NCBI GenBank assembly: GCA_049999805.1
Contig: JBNGIO010002906.1
Span: 1 to 32,010 of the forward strand
Source of the DNA: Folioceros fuciformis
Taxonomy: Eukaryota
Direction of reading: 5' to 3'
DNA length: 32,010 nucleotides
The notes below the pieces were generated by a model. The model had not been told where the DNA came from. It made no database searches and saw only the letters and a program-made list of their open reading frames with translations. Of this stretch, positions 30,532 to 32,010 are shown in pieces; position 1 is the first letter of the stretch; each line of letters starts with the position of its first letter. A program made the position numbers and the translations under genes.

Positions 30532-31334
30532 ATGATCATCTGTGTAGCTGTGGTGGGGCAGCAGGTGAGTCCACTTCGGCTGGTCTCCGTGAAATGGAGC
30601 CGTAGGCTGAAGGACCTTAGCTGCGTGATGCGTGGAATGGAATGAAAATGTTGTACCTGTGTGGCGCCGCAGAACAATCCTCTCTACTTGCAAAGCTTCA
30701 CGGAAGACAACGGTGACGAGGATCTAAAGTTTCACCACTTGGTACACTGTTCGCTGGATGTGTTCGAGGAGAAAGGTGCGTAGGTATAAGGGGAACCCGC
30801 AGATTTTCAGTATTTTGCAATGCGAAGAGAGAATGTTCAGCTAATTCTTTCCTGTGACCTGCCTGCAGTGAACACCAAAAAAGCAGGTGCAACATCAAGC
30901 GAGACATTTCTTGGTCTTCTTTACCCTTCAGAGGGCTATAAAATGTAAGAGCCGCTTGTCTGTGCTGTGGAGTAGTCGAGCGTCACTCGTATTTGATTCA
31001 GTGTTTGCTACTTGCAGCTTTGGATACTTGAGTAACACGAAGATCAAATTTGTTCTTATCACCAGTGATCAAGAGCACAGGGATGCCGACGTGAGAGGTG
31101 TAGGTTTCTCGACTGTAGCCTGCCTTTGGAAGTGGAACGGGACTCGAGGCCCCTCCAATGATGCTAGAAATGATGTGTATTTGCTGTTTGCAGTTTTTCC
31201 GTAGATTCCATTCGGCCTATGTGGATGCAGCGTCAAATCCTTTCCATGTGCCAGGGAAGAGGATCACATCGCCTGCCTTTGCGGAGAGAATTAGTGCTAT
31301 TGTGAAATCTTTTGGTGCCACTTCAGCAGCCTGA
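30532..31334 (+). CDS. TRAPPC2L: Trafficking protein particle complex subunit 2-like (sedlin family, Tca17/TRAPPC2L), 5 exons, ~144 aa
   Basis: Exons 30532-30564, 30673-30775, 30869-30944, 31018-31099 and 31194-31334 (GT-AG, phases consistent): MIICVAVVGQQNNPLYLQSF..LKFHHLVHCSLDVFEEK..FLGLLYP..YKIFGYLSNTKIKFVL..FFRRFHSAYVDAASNPF. An alternative in-frame ATG lies at 30526. Confidence 0.92.
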
Positions 31335-32010
31335 CTTGGGTGTCACAACACCATGATGCAGCCATTGGCCACGGCTGTCTGCAATTGGATGCGACAAAAC
31401 GGATACAAGATGAATGAGCTTGTCTTAGTTCTGTGAGTAGGATTCGATGCTGGTGCACCTGCTTCGTGGCACACTGATGCACTCACGGTGTACGCTGCTC
31501 CTCAACCATGCTCCCGGACATTTCAGACTTGCTCAGTGCAATCCATTTACTAGAAAAGTAGATCTGGAGACGGGATTATCGGGCTGGCTATTAATTGTAG
31601 GCACGGCTATCGCTATTGAATGCCAACTTCCCTGTCCTCGCCACCTCCACTATTCTCACATTCCAGGGGAGGGTGATGACCCCTTAGACCTCGGCAAATG
31701 ATTTTTACTTGGGGGCTTAAAGCCCCTTTTTTTAACTCCTTTAGATAATTTATACTTGAAAAAAAAAGTGTCCAATAGACCCTTTTAATCTAAACTTGGA
31801 GGCCTAAAGCCATTTTACCTTAAAACACAAGGAAGTTTTTTTCAAAAAAACCAAAAAATAACAAATTACTCCTAAAACATAAACGCGGAATATTTTAAAG
31901 TGAGAGGGAAAATAGCTTGAAGCTTACAACCTTTGTCCTACTAAGCCATCGAGTATAATTGTTGTTTCTAGGTCGTATTTTGTTTTTTGCATATCCAAGG
32001 TCCTTTTGGT

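Overview
Eukaryotic, land-plant-like genomic DNA; short introns, dense genes and the TE types suggest a non-seed plant, which is an inference. The left half (about 1-16.5 kb) is a nest of decayed transposons. It holds two Ty1/copia elements in opposite orientation, a Sola/DUF7869-like DDE transposase remnant interrupted exactly by a copia LTR, a BED-finger fragment, a LINE RT fragment and a MULE-SWIM transposase pseudogene. Divergent from the Sola-like transposase is a decayed, apparently intron-containing gene for a prokaryote-type beta-class amino (N4-C/N6-A) DNA methyltransferase. A recurring 22-bp GC palindrome appears near both, suggesting a DNA transposon carrying its own DNA methyltransferase; this is the most interesting signal. 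The right half (16.6-31.3 kb) is a compact block of six host genes. GMP synthase, AP-1 gamma adaptin, an ATL RING-H2 ligase and a type I metacaspase all have single-exon CDSs. A 13-exon RluA pseudouridine synthase and a 5-exon TRAPPC2L follow. All calls come from motif recognition and manual translation, not database searches.
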